A program made the position numbers and the translations under genes. The notes under the pieces were generated by a model. The model saw only the letters and a program-made list of their open reading frames with translations, made no database searches and was not told the DNA's origin. From assembly GCF_009914755.1 (NCBI RefSeq), contig NC_060933.1: a stretch of 64,000 nt of DNA; one strand, written 5' to 3'. Positions 26,746 to 40,303 of the stretch are shown here, one piece after another. The DNA comes from the human T2T-CHM13v2.0 reference genome, Homo sapiens. Positions within the stretch are counted from its first letter, which is position 1. Each line of letters opens with the position of its first letter.

Positions 26746-29244
26746 GGAAGAAAAGAGCACTCTTCACCAACATTTTACCTTCAGAAATTGGTTAAGAAGA
26801 AATGAGTGCTTAGGAACCTTCCTGTTAGAGCTGGGAACACAAATAACCCCAAGATATGACCCAACTGAGAAAAGAGATATGAGAGTCAGCAGGTCTCAGG
26901 ACTCGAGAACATATCATAGATCTGGGGCCAAGGAGACCTCCCAATACCTCAGTCTTGAATTAGCCAGATGTGCCTTTCAGTCCTTGGCTGAGCTGGACTG
27001 AGGCCTCCTCCAAAGGGAGAAATAAATGCGCATCCTGAAGAGAGCTGACTCTGAAAGAGAGAGAAACCCACAGAGGCTGAGTTTCACCAGTACAGCTACT
27101 TTCAAGCACATTCCTCAGTTAAGTCATTTCTCTTCCCAAGGGGAGGACTGAATGAGCTTATGGTGAGAGGCCAAAAGCTTTTCTCCTTTGTTTTTCCCTC
27201 ATGGGAGAGGACGGAAGTGCTATCCTTTCTGTGGGAACCTGCAGACTATGGACGTTTCCCCCAGCAGTTGGCATTGACTGATTTATCTGCATGTTTCTCT
27301 GTTCACATCCTCTATATGAAGAATCGAAGTGGGAATAGCCCCCAAGTAATCTGATAGTACCAAAGCACTATTCTAGTTTTGTATAATTTTTAAGTCTCTT
27401 CTTTAAATTTTTTTTTGCAGACTCCATCCCAGACACAGCATACCAGAGTCTCCAAAGGGCTAAGCTCAGCAATCTGTTCTCAAGCTCCCAACAGGAGTCT
27501 TATATAGTCAGGCAGGCAATGATCATATATGGGGACCATTAGAAATAATCTAATGCATACCCTCTGAACTTCAAATTTTTAGTATTCTCATTTTCTGCTC
27601 AAGCTCAATTTCAACACAGTTCACAGTTTCTCATATCCACCATGGCATTCTGCCAAGGAACTACAACTCGTGTTCTCTAAACCCATCTGTTCTAAGAATG
27701 CTGGGCTGGTTATCAATTTCTAATGTACCTGCTTAAACTTTCCTCTCTCAATATGTCCCTGACTGAACTGCAGAAGACAGAACAACTGTACTAGCCATCT
27801 CTTTCTGCATATCCCATGTCCCCACAGAGGCCACTGTGTCTTCATAAAGCTAACTGCCACGATTTTCACAAGTGATATTTTTCCTTCATGATTTTCCATT
27901 GTCTACTTGGGCATTAAAATACCAGGGAGAAAAGGAAGATAATCGTTTAGCAGCTGGGAAAATAAGATATGTGCCCCAGCACAGTACATGCTAAGTATTC
28001 AGAATGTATAGTTATAGTAGATAACTATAAATTAGATAACTATTAAAATAGTTATATTAGATAAGTAATATTTTTCTCATCTTCAAGACTTAAAAAGTTA
28101 ACTGTTTTAAGTGGTATTCAAAAAAGGAAGGTACTCACTCACATCAACCCTATTGAAACCACATTTCTATAGCTGGATGTAACAATCTTAATCCAAATCA
28201 TTCACCAAAGTTGTTTAACTTTCTTAAAGTAAGGCTCTACACATTTGCTTCTTTACAAGTATCTTGCAAAGCCATTATGAGGTAGAAGAAATGTTTAAAT
28301 GCGCCACATTTTCCTACTGCATTGTAACTAAAATTACTACTCACAGGACGTGTATAGCTTCTGCATTTTGGTCCATCACATTTTCCGCCATCAAATGAGT
28401 GTATTCTTAAGGTTCTCACTTTATCATCAGCATAACATATTTTGCTTCCAGAATGCCCAGTAAGGCTGAAATTTTTCATTTAAAGTGATAAAAAAGTTCC
28501 CCAAATATCTACTTAACAATCTTAGATCTGAGTTTTAGCAAGACAGTTTAATGCATACACAATGAAAACACTATATTTCTCACTCTCTCTCACATGCACA
28601 GATTAAAACCCCAAAGTTTTCACTATATTTCCTCTTTCTTATACAGCTCAATTTTTAACATGCAGCTTCCTTATAATCTAAAAACAATTTTAAATATGAT
28701 TATCATAAAAATATTTTAAAACAGAGATGAAATGTGTAAAGGCAGATATAGATCATCCATGGTTACATTGGTTACATCACATTTCTTTAGAAACAGAACT
28801 GTTTCTACTCCTGTAGACAAACTTCTCTCTCACACATTTAAAGTGAGGTTAGTGCTGACATAAAATTATCGCTCTACTCACCATCTGAGTGTTTGCACTG
28901 TGTTTGAGGTACATTTTCTTCATTTTCACAGCCCCACCACTCTTGAGAGTATGAGTCAACAGAAGTTTGCAGGCTAAAACCATTCAATAATATTTTCATC
29001 AATACTGGAATGATAGTAAGTAACATTACACAACATCAGAGGCCAAAAATTTTTCTTTGTTGAAGCCCAAGATTTTAACTTATTCTTCATTACCTGAAAA
29101 TACTGCTCATTTAACCTCTTCAGGAAAAAAAAAATTCTGTAGATGAATAATTCCTGCCTTAATGCTTCACCCAAGACAGTTCCTTCATACTTATCCTCCG
29201 ATGCTTTGTTCTTTTCATCCATTTGATGTAGCAGGCAACAAGAA

Positions 29245-30490
29245 TCACCTTTCCTTTGGTGATCTGACATAGCGATCTCTTATGTTTTTGCTAATTGTTT
29301 GATAAATATTTAGTAAATTTTTCCACGGTATGTATGCACTATTTTTTGTAGTTCCAATTCTAAAGGTTTTATTAATGAATGAACATTGTCATCTTAAAAG
29401 AACAATTTCTCAGTGCTTCATAAACAGCTCTAAATGCTGGTTGCTTATCATCATGGTAAACACCTCTGTTCCCGTGAAAAATAAAGATTCCTTCTTCTGC
29501 TTCTTGGCAACTGCTTCCATATAGACAGTGATCTGGACGACACTTCCATTGACACGGAAAGACAAAAAGGCTTTCTGGATTATGAAAAAACAGGATATCC
29601 AACAGATCTTGATCGCCCATGTAATGTTTAACTTGTATATTTTAAGCCATGTCATAAGTATATCTCCTCATTGTAGTCACACAGTTGTCATATTATTCTT
29701 GAAATACTTCCTTCTCATTCAAGTCATGTTTGTCAACATAACTCCAGAGTTTACTCCAGCTTTTCCACACTATGGATGCCTAGCAAAGCGACTATACCAT
29801 CCTATTTGACATTCCTTGTGTTCTGGGGCCATTGCAGAATTTGTGTGGAATTAAATTTCTTTAGTAAAGACCAAGTATTATCAGCTGGTCTTTTAAAAAG
29901 GCTATCAGTGTGAGAGTCAACTTCTTTCAGGAATAACGGCAAGGACAATCTCTGCAAACCACATGGTTTAAAGAGTTTTTCCACTCTGCTGCATTCTCAC
30001 TTGGAAAGGTTATGGAGTATATTGTATAATTAAATATTTGTAGAAATGACCCCTGTCAAGCCTTCCTTTAAAGCTATGATGTAGTTGATCTTCAGCAAAA
30101 ATCTGGAATTGAAGAGGTTTGATCCTGAAAATAATAGCTGACTTCAACATGGTCATAGTTTCTTCCAGTCTTTCACCTAGATACATTTTCTCAACAGGCT
30201 GTATTTTCAGACTACACCTGTCCCACCTGCGGGGATGAGCAGCGGGACAAGCGCTGCTCGCGCCTCTCACCGCACCGCATCCGCCTCCCGCCAGCCAGGA
30301 AGCCACTGCGGCCTGCGGCTTCCCGCCACCACGGCCCGCTCCTTCCTCCGGGGACACGGGGAGCTGGCTGAAGGCGTAAAGGAGCGAGCAGAAGCCTCAG
30401 GCCAGACACAGAGCCACCACGCGCGGTAGCGCCGCATGGCCCCAGCGGCGTTCCTCGGTCTCCGTCTCCGCCGCGCCCGCCTGACGAACT
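29245..30490 (-). pseudogene. GXYLT1: GXYLT1 processed pseudogene (CDS 30437 to 29245; 3'UTR probably extends left, end not defined)
   Basis: Intronless, frameshifted: MRRY.., [89 protein letters not shown]; TGA at 29247-29245. Confidence 0.95.
30228..30490. promoter_or_regulatory. CpG-rich segment (5' end of GXYLT1 retrocopy)
   Basis: Roughly 30+ CpGs in ~260 bp in an otherwise CpG-depleted window; regulatory activity is not shown. Confidence 0.5.
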
Positions 30491-30816
30491 GGAGCACAGG
30501 GACCATAGTTCTGGAAATTTATCCTTTTTCTCTCCATGGATTCAGCAGCAGCGTCTAAAAGAAAAAAAATCATCAATCAATCATTTATATATGTTTTAAT
30601 ATAAAGATATAAAACAGTGGAACCAGTGGAACTGGATAGAAAGTAATTCAGTTTTACAGAACACATCTGTTTTTCAGGCTCTTACTTTTCTTAAACATAA
30701 AAGAGCCATATATATTTCTATGGAATTCCCCTTTTACTTAAGAATTCATTATCAGCGAATTAGTGTAACGAGGCTGTTTTGTTAGAGGCTGTGGTTGCAT
30801 TCAAAAATTAGAATAG

Positions 30817-31123
<307 letters not shown>

Positions 31124-31251
31124 TAACATTTTAACATTTTAAACTACCACTTACTACATTCACTGTGTCTGTTATTTAATATACCTTTTTCAGTGGCCAC
31201 AAAATTATAAAATGGATACGGAATAGTCTCTTCAAAACATTAAGGAAGTTC

Positions 31252-31588
31252 TTTCTTTTTTCTTTTTCTTTTTCTTTTTTTTTTTTTTTTTTTTTTTTTT
31301 TGGTTTGAGACGGAGTCTTGCTCTGTCGCCCAGGCTAGAGTGCAGTGGCACAATCTTGGCTCACTGCAACCTCCGCCTCCCGGGTTTAAGGAATTCTCTT
31401 CTTCAGCCTCCCGAGTAGCTGGGATTACAGGCGCCCGCCACCACGCCCAGCTAATTTTTTTGTATTTTTAGTAGAGACGAAGTTTCACCATCTTGGCCAG
31501 ACTGGTCTTGAATTCCTGACCTCATGATCAGCCCGCCTCGGCCTCCCAAAGTGCTGGGATTACAGGCGTGAGCCACAGCGCCCCGCCG
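31252..31588 (-). mobile_element. AluS with long T tail
   Basis: TSD AAGTTCTTTCTT on both sides. Confidence 0.92.
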
Positions 31589-31709
31589 CAAGTTCTTTCT
31601 TCTTGAAAGGATTATAAATATAATTCATACTGGCATGACACTTTTACTAATATAGATTGACTTTTCGCTTCAAATAACCCATTCGTATATCGAAATTAAT
31701 TTTGGTCAG

Positions 31710-31776
31710 TATGTGTGTGTGTGGATGTATGTGTGTGTGGATGTGTGGATGTATGTGTGTGTGGATGTGTGGATGT
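31710..31776. repeat. (TG)n/TGGATG compound simple repeat
   Basis: Directly visible. Confidence 0.85.
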
Positions 31777-31948
31777 AAATGGCAGTAAAGGGTAAAAGGG
31801 AAGGTGGAAAAAAGGGAGATGGTCTAACATTTTCCACACATTTTTAAATACACAAAATGTATATTTAACACAATACACATACAATAAAATATGTAGTAAA
31901 ACAATGGTGTGGTGAAAACAAAACATTGCGAACTAGAAAAAAGACTTA

Positions 31949-34119
31949 GCCGCTGGTCCTGTCGGATCCGCCCCGAGGTGGCGCCCTCCAGCCGTAAGCT
32001 CCACGCAGTTCAACAAGGGCCCCTCCTACAGGCTCTTGGCGGATGTCCAGAACAGGCTTCTGCCCAAATATGACTCCCAGAAGGAGGCAGAGCTCCGCAG
32101 CTGGATCAAGGGATTCACTGGCCTCTCCATCCGCCCCGACTTCCAGAAGGGCCTGAAGGACGGGATTATTTTATGCACACTCGTGAACAAACTGCAGCCG
32201 GGCTCAGTCCCCAAGATCAACGGCTTCCGTGTAGAACTGGCACTAGCTAGAAAACCTCTCCAACTTCCTCAAGGCAATGGTCAGCTACGGCATGATCCCG
32301 TGGACCTATTTGAGGCCAACGACCTGTTTGAGAGTGGGAACAATATGCAGGTGCGGGTGTCTCTTCTCGCCCTGGCAGGGAAGGCCAAGACTAAGGGGCT
32401 GCGGAGCGGGGTGGACATCCGTGACAAGTACTCAGAGAAGCAGAACTTCGACGACACCACCATGAAGGCCAGCCAGTGCGTCATCCGGCTGCAGATTACC
32501 AACAAATGTGCCAGCCAGTCAGGCATGACCGCATATGGCACGAGGAGGCATCTCTACGACCCCAAGAACCGCATCCTGCCCCCCATGGACAATTCGACCA
32601 TCAGCCTCCAGATGGGTACAAACAAGTGCGCCAGCCAGGTGGGCATGACGGCTCCCGGGACCCAGCGGCACATCTATGACACCAAGTTGGGAATCGACAA
32701 GTGTGAGAACTCCTCCATGTCCCTGAAGATGGGCTACACGCAGGTTGCCAATCACAGCGGCCAGGTCTTTGGCCTAGGCCGGCAAATATACGAACCCAAG
32801 TACTAGCCGGGTGGCCCAGTGGCCCACGGGGCTCCCTCCGCCGGCAACTGCCCAGGGCCAGGGGAGGCCCCTTACTACCAGGAGGAGACCGGCTACTGAG
32901 GCTCCCAGCACGCTCTCTCCACACATGGTCTCCCCGTCTGGGTGTTGGGTTTTTCTGTGTTTTCATCTTTTTTGTTTTTAACCTGTTCAGTGCTGCCAGT
33001 CAACCGAGGGTCTGTGAGTGGCAGCGTGGGATCAGGCAGCAGGGTTTTTTCCCCACCTCCCCTTGCTTTGGTTCCTTGGCAGGACTGAGACACCGGGCTG
33101 TGGGGGAAGGGATCAAGGCCGTATCCTGATGCGTGTAGGGTGAAGGTCCCCGCTGGCACTTCCAAGCTGTGGGCTGAGCTGTGCTGGGGAGAAGAGACCT
33201 GGGCATGGAGGGAACCAGTCCCCGAAGGTTTCTGGTTGCCTCTCCTCTTCCCCTTTTTGTCAGCCGATCAGTTTGTGGTTTCTGTACCTGCAAAAGTTTC
33301 AGGAAGTATTAACAAAAGAAAGAAAATTTTTTTCTTCTCCGAGGAATGGGGCGGAGACAGTGGAGAGGGTGCTGGGAAATGAGTCCCCTGGGAGAGGGGG
33401 CCCAGCCACGATGCTAAAATATCTCAGGCTCCTGAGTGGCTGGATTTCCCTAGGACCCTCAGACCAACAGACCTCAGACCCTCAGACCTATGCTGGGGCC
33501 CGGTGAGGAAACTGAGACCCGTACAAGTTAGTGGAATTCTGAGTTGCCAGGATTAAGTCTGACCCCTCTCCATCCTAGCTCCCCCACCCCCGTGGCCCTC
33601 AGTAGGGTTTTTTGTTTGTTTTTGTTTTTGTTTTTTTTGAGATGTAGTCTCACTCTGTCGCCCAGGCTGAAGCACAGTGGAGTAATCTCGCCTCACTGCA
33701 CCTCAGCCTCCCAGCTTAAGCGATTCTCCTGCCTCAGCCTCCAGAGTAGCTGAGACTACAGGCGCCCACCACCACGCCTACCTAATTTTTTGTATTTTTA
33801 GTAGAGACGGGATTTCACCATGTTGGCCAGGCTGGTCGGGAACTCTTTCCCTCATGTGATCCGCCTGTTTCGTCCTCCCAAAGTGTTGGGATGACAGGCG
33901 AGAGCCACCGCGCCCAGGCCCTCAGTAGGTCTTAAGGAGCCCCGGCCCTCCTTCTCCCCTTCCGGGCCTGACCAGGTCTACTGCTCTATCTCTCCCGGCC
34001 CCAGGCCACGCCAAGTACTGCACAGAGCCCTCCACCCAGGCGCCCTGCGCTATGAGATAATGTGAAATACCGACTGTGGACCAAACGCAATAAAACCTCT
34101 GTTTTTTAAGAAGAAAATG
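31949..34119 (+). pseudogene. CNN2: Full-length CNN2 (calponin-2) processed pseudogene
   Basis: Intronless; start ATG>GTA at 31994 (GTA AGC TCC ACG CAG TTC AAC AAG); CH domain plus 3 calponin repeats; premature TAG 32804-32806, native TGA 32897-32899; AATAAA 34089-34094; TSD AAAAGACTTA at 31939-31948 and 34120-34129. Confidence 0.97.
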
Positions 34120-36010
34120 AAAAGACTTAAAACTGGCATTTTAAGACTTTATTATGTATTATTAATTATATATTAAATATAAATGTTATACACTTTAGCG
34201 CCTCTATCTCCCAGTCTCTGGTTAGGAGCTTAACTTTCCTAAGCCTCAATTAGTAAACACTTATGGCCTAGCCACGTTGACCCGCCTCTCTCCTAACATC
34301 ATCCAGTACATTTCGGAAGCGCATGCAAAACTCTCCCACCTTCTGTTTCAACAGATATGTCAACTGATACAATTATACAATAATTGTATAAGATAATATT
34401 AGATTTAATCTCACAATCACACTCAGCTTGATTACTAACCCTTCTCTTACATCTTGCTCACCTAAATTTATCTACATTTTCTGTGAACTGAAATAGCTTA
34501 GAAATGTATGCCATCTGTGTATTATAGTGTAAGTTATTGTAATATAGAAATATGGACTTTCTTTAACTCCCATTTGCTGCCTAGGAAATACCAATATTTT
34601 TTGAGCATGGCAAGTGTTTCCAAGCATTCAGAAGTGGAGAGTGTAGGAAATCCACTGCAGAATGAGGTCTGCTCGTCATCCTCTCAGTCTCAACTGCTCT
34701 CCCTCCTTCATCTCTCTCTGTTTCATTGATGAGTATAGAAGATCAGGCATTTTTATATGAAGTGAAAATTGATGGAACTAAGGTGTTGATTTGAATATCC
34801 AACCGACCATTTACTGAGTGTCCATTACAAGTTAAATTGTGTTGTAGAGAACAGCTCAGGAAACGAATGCTTGACATTGATGTACATAACAAAAATACAA
34901 ACATACCATTAAAAAATCAGACCTCTTATGACAATCCAGATTCTCATGTAAGTTTTGTGAAGCTCTTTCAAGATGAGAATGTAAAATTTCAAAAAAAAAA
35001 TCATTTTAACAAGTCATTCTTGAGATAGAAAAGTGGAATTAGAAGATCATATATGGTTGTTTCACTAGCTCAAATCTTATGTACAGTTTTTAGTCAATTG
35101 ACAGCCATATGATTCTTATTTTATATGCTGTTATTCATTAGAAACTACAAATTTTAAAAAATATTCCTGTCTCATTCTATGAATCAATCTAAAAATTTCA
35201 TTCATTTGGTTATATTTCTTCATTTTACCTGGCCGTGAATACTTCTTTCCCGCCCAGCATTAAATTTAATTAATGTCTAATTTGTTTACTTGGTTTAGTT
35301 ACTTTTGGCCATGTTCAGTACACTTCTTATGAAGCAGGCATGTAGGAATGTTGACAAGTTTATGGTCCTCACTTTTCCAAATCCCAAATGGTGGCACCCC
35401 AACAGACACATACCACAGTGTAAACACATACACACACACACAATCCACGCCCACCCATACTCACCCACCTACACACAGACACACACACACACACACACTC
35501 CAGTGGATCAACACATAAAACACTCCACAGGCAAAGACATTATCCATCAGGGATCTCTTAGTGCACTACACACTTCTGTAAATTATCAGGACTCCTCAAT
35601 TGAGGTGAGTCTACAGAGATTTCAAAGGCTATTTGAGTGCTAAGCTATCTAACTAGTGGTTGGACACTATTTAAATAATGTGTTAAACACAACTCTTGAG
35701 GCTCTGAAGAATTTCTATGCTTTCCAATGAACCAGGAGTTACAAGGTCCTGAAAACCACAAGTGTGTTACATCCTTTAATAGATAAAGCAAAGCTGATAT
35801 TAATGTGAATATACTTTATATTTACTTATATTCGTGTTAATTTTTCTTTGCCTGTAATATATATTTTTATATAATGGGGAATAAGAAACATCTTAGGAAA
35901 AAGAAAACAAAAAATAAAATTTCACTGTTTACACTGTGCCTTGGTCCAGTAACCCTGCACTGCACATATACACTTTAAATTGGTGTCTTGGGGAACCACC
36001 TCGGTATTTC
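32668..36010 (+). repeat. Right (likely donor) arm of the inverted duplication
   Basis: Reverse complement of 17275-20579, roughly 93-96% identical by eye. Confidence 0.95.
33608..33919 (-). mobile_element. Alu in CNN2 3'UTR
   Basis: TSD GGCCCTCAGTAGG; lies between stop codon and polyA signal. Confidence 0.92.
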
Positions 36011-37507
36011 ATTTTAATAGCGCATCCTGGAGAATATATTTGAGTGGATCACATATTACAACTGATTTAAATTTTGACCCATATAGAAATGTTTTCAAAA
36101 ATATGTCTGAAGCCTGGATACTGTAAAAATGTTTATCATCATAGAATAATAAAAGGCTAGCCATTAGTTACTCAGAAATTGTTCAGTAAATCTAAGATGA
36201 CTTAGACATAAATAGTTATGAGTGAATATAGTTCATCATTAATGTTTGTAAAAATTAATGCTGTCTTTTATGGTTGAGAAAAACTAGAAATGTAACTTAA
36301 TTTGATAGAGATAAATGACATAAACTTTACATAAAGCAAGAGAATAATAGATGTGTAAAAATGTTTTGTAGATAAGATTTTAAGATGAAATTGTGCTGAA
36401 CGACATGAATCAAATGTGTTTTGCATACTACATCTGCAGCTACAACATCACAGCCTTTTAAGTATTTCGTTAACTTCAAAATGTAACTTATTGCTGAAAC
36501 AATCTTATTTAATGAATTGGGATAACGGGTAATGATTGGTGTCAGCTGAAAGCAATGCTACAATTTTAAAGTTAGATTTCTTTGTGTATTAATACAAACA
36601 CCAGAGAAGATGGTCAATAAAGTAATTACTGTACAATGCCTATCATAATACTTAAACCTGGAAGAAAATCAGAAAATGTTAAGTGAATAGAATTGGTGAA
36701 TTGCTTCCATTTTATACAATTTTTTGTTCATTTTAGGGCTTACCAAAACTTGCAGCTCTGAATAAGGCCCAATTATTTACTCCTTCAAATAAAACAAGAC
36801 TGCAAGAATAAGAGTGAATGCTTTGTTTTGTTTTGTTTTTCACTGAAATATTCCAGTCTGTAGCAGCTCCAAATCACACTGATCTTTCTAGAGTCTGATA
36901 CAGGTCCTGGTCTCAAGGCCAGTGTTACCATAATCACCATCTTTTGTGCTTCAAGGTTGAGCCCTCCTAATTTACCTGCATGAAATTGGAAAAGTCCTGT
37001 TTCATACTTTAAGCAACCTAGATGTCTCTTTCACTAAAAGTGGTATTCTTCTTGTGTGTTTTTTTTTTTTTTTGCAGCAAATGATGTCAACTTCTACCTA
37101 CACCTGACATCTCAATTAATTTTTGACATTTTCTTCTTCACATTTCCATTTCAAATCACCAAGTATTGTCAGATTTTACCTTCTATTTCTTGAATGAATT
37201 TTTCTCTTTCTATCTTCATTGCCATCATGGATTCCAGCCCATCACTCTCTCACCTGGGCTATGGTGCACACCTCTAAAGTGCTCTCCCTGATTCTCTCTC
37301 CAAAAATGGTTCTGTGCTATATCTGGAATGATTACTTGAAATGTAAATACAATTTGCATTGTAAATTGCTTTGCTTAAAAACTCCCAAAGACTTCACATT
37401 AGTACTAGGATAAATAGCAAGAGTCCAAAAATGGGTTCAAGCAGTACAAAATTTGTTTCCTTTCTCTTTCCCCCCTCTTGTGGCATGAACATTGTTGAAC
37501 TAAATGA

Positions 37508-37915
<408 letters not shown>

Positions 37916-39328
37916 AGCTCTTACTCTTATTTTAGTTTGCTCTTCATCTTCCCCACCAAGGGAAACCTTACCTGATATCCCTAAATATGAAAGGCTTTCA
38001 TAACAGTGCATAGCTTTTCTCTGTTATTTATAATATTGTTTTTAGGTTTTTATATTTTTATTACTATTTATAATAGATACATCTGAGCATGCTCTTTGAT
38101 AATAAGTCTAATAAAGTTTTGATGCATTTAGTAATTCAGTACAAAATTGTTTTCTATAAGCCATGATTCTAGAGATTGAGGGGAAAGTGCAGTGGTAATC
38201 TGTCCCAAATGGAAGGACAAATAGCCAAGCAATGTTGACCTACCCATTCATCTCTCAAAAACAGGGTTAAGATATTGATTCTCCTGTTTTCAGGATGAAG
38301 CAGGGACAGGGAGTTTCTTGTTATCCTCTCAACTCACTCTTTTTATGGAAAAAGTAATTAATCTGATAAATGACACAAAAGATTTTGATGTTCATTAACA
38401 AGGTGGTGATTCCAAGAAGTTGAAATAAAAAGACTTCAGAGCCTGTCTCTCTCAATCACTATCTTTGGTCTCTTGAGGATGCTTGTGCACAAAATAGGGA
38501 GCACCCGTGTAAGAGCTGCATAGGCAGGCTCAGTCCAGCAACTGGTTTCATAAATCCAACTTTTCCAAGCATGATGGAATGTCAGAATCCCGTGAGCCAA
38601 AAGTTTTATGATGAGAGAGGAAGAATGATATTTACTCCCCAATCTAATTTTTAAATTAAATTTTAAACAAAGTTAATAAAGTTAACAAACCTGAATACAC
38701 ACACACACATGCATATATACCCACGCACATGCACACAGGCTTCTTGCATTCTTTTTTTTGTTTAATCATTCATGAGAAATGGTTGGATTTTGTATTTTCT
38801 ATCTACCAATACTTGCACAAACTCTGGCTGCAAAACTTTTGTTGGTCAAATATTAGCATTTGGGAAACCACATCCCTGCTGAGAGATAGAAGATCTTGAT
38901 ACAACCTTAACTACATCATCAGTAGACATGGGACTGTTTTTAACCAGAAGGAGGCAAATGTCTTCCAGATGGTTGTGTAGCTGGTTTTAACAGTAGCCTG
39001 CAGTGGCTTTTTGACAGACATAAACCTTACTAGTTATTATTAGGCTTCAGAGCATTAGTATGAAGTTTTAATTTGGCTTATGTTAGGGATGAGAAGGTAG
39101 CACTATCTTAGATGCCCTAAATATTGCTCCTTGTCACTTTTTCCCCACTGAATTCAGAGGTAATCTGGGGACTGTGTCTAAAATGGCCTTATATTCATGT
39201 GTTTGCCATGGGTTTCTGAAGCTTTCATTCTGAACATGGTCTCAAGTTGGCTCTTGAGGGCTAATTTCATTACACATGATCATAGGCATAAATTTAAATT
39301 TGTGGAGGATTGTTTTGTACATCCCACA

Positions 39329-40303
39329 TGAAGGGGTGACCTGCCCCTCCACACCTGTGGGTGTTTCTCATTGGGTGGGATGAGAGACTGAGAAAAGAAA
39401 GAGACACAGAGACAAAGTATAGAGAAAGAAACATGGGCCCAGGGTACCGGCACTCAGCATATGGAGGATCCACGCTGGCACCAGTCTCTGAGTTCCCTCA
39501 GTATTTATTGATCATTATCTCTACCATCTCAGAGAGGGGGATGTGGCAGGGCAATAGGGTAATAGTGGGGAGAGGGTCAGCAGGAAAACATGTGAACAAA
39601 TGTCTGTGTGCCATAAACAAGGTTAGAAAAGGTGCTGTGCTTTGAGGTGCACATACATAAACATCTCGGTGCATTAAAGGGCAGTATTGTAGCCAGCATG
39701 TCTCACCTCCAGCCTTAAGGCAGTTTTCTCCTTATCTCAGTTGATGGAACATACAATCCGGTTTTACACCGAGACATTCCGTTGCCCAGGGACGAGCAGG
39801 AGACAGATGCCTTCCTCTTATCTCAACTGCAAAGAGGCCTTCCTCTTTTACTAATCCTCCTCAGCACAGACCCTTTATGGGTGTCTGGCTGGGGGATGGT
39901 CAGGTCTTTCCCTTCCCACAAGGCCATATCTCAGACTATCACTTGGGGAGAAACCTTGGACAATACTTGGCTTTCCTAGGCAGAGGTCCCTGCAGCCTTC
40001 CGTAGTGTGTAGTGTATTGTGTCCCTGGGTACTTGAGATTAGAGAGTGGTGATGACTTTTAACAAGCAAACTGCCTTCAAGCACTTGTTTAACAAAGCAC
40101 ATCCTGCATAGCCCTAAATCCATTAAACCTTGAGTCAACACAGTGCATGTCTCTGCCAGCACAGGGTTGGGGGTAGGGTTACAGATTAACAGCATCTCAA
40201 GGCAGAAGAATTTTTCTTAGTACAGAACAAAATGGAGTCTCTTATGTCTACTTCTTTCTACATAGACACAGTAACAGTCTGATCTCTCTTTCTTTTCCCC
40301 ACA
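39329..40303 (-). mobile_element. HERV-K(HML-2) solo LTR (LTR5A/B-like)
   Basis: Reverse strand starts TGTGGGGAAAAGAAAGAGAGATCAGACTGTTACTGTGTCTATGTAG and ends GGGGCAGGTCACCCCTTCA; 975 bp; TSD CCACA. Confidence 0.93.

Noticed and set aside
27975-27995. Candidate 3' TSD of the GXYLT1 retrocopy (AGCACAG shared with 30493-30499)
   Set aside because: Only 7 bp match and no clear polyA; the 3' end is left undefined.
32036-32806. 256 aa ORF as a functional CNN2 gene
   Set aside because: TTG start, native ATG lost, intronless with TSDs, scrambled CH segment and premature stop; kept as a pseudogene and a finding.
39329-40303. HERV-K provirus
   Set aside because: TSD directly flanks a single LTR; no PBS or gag.
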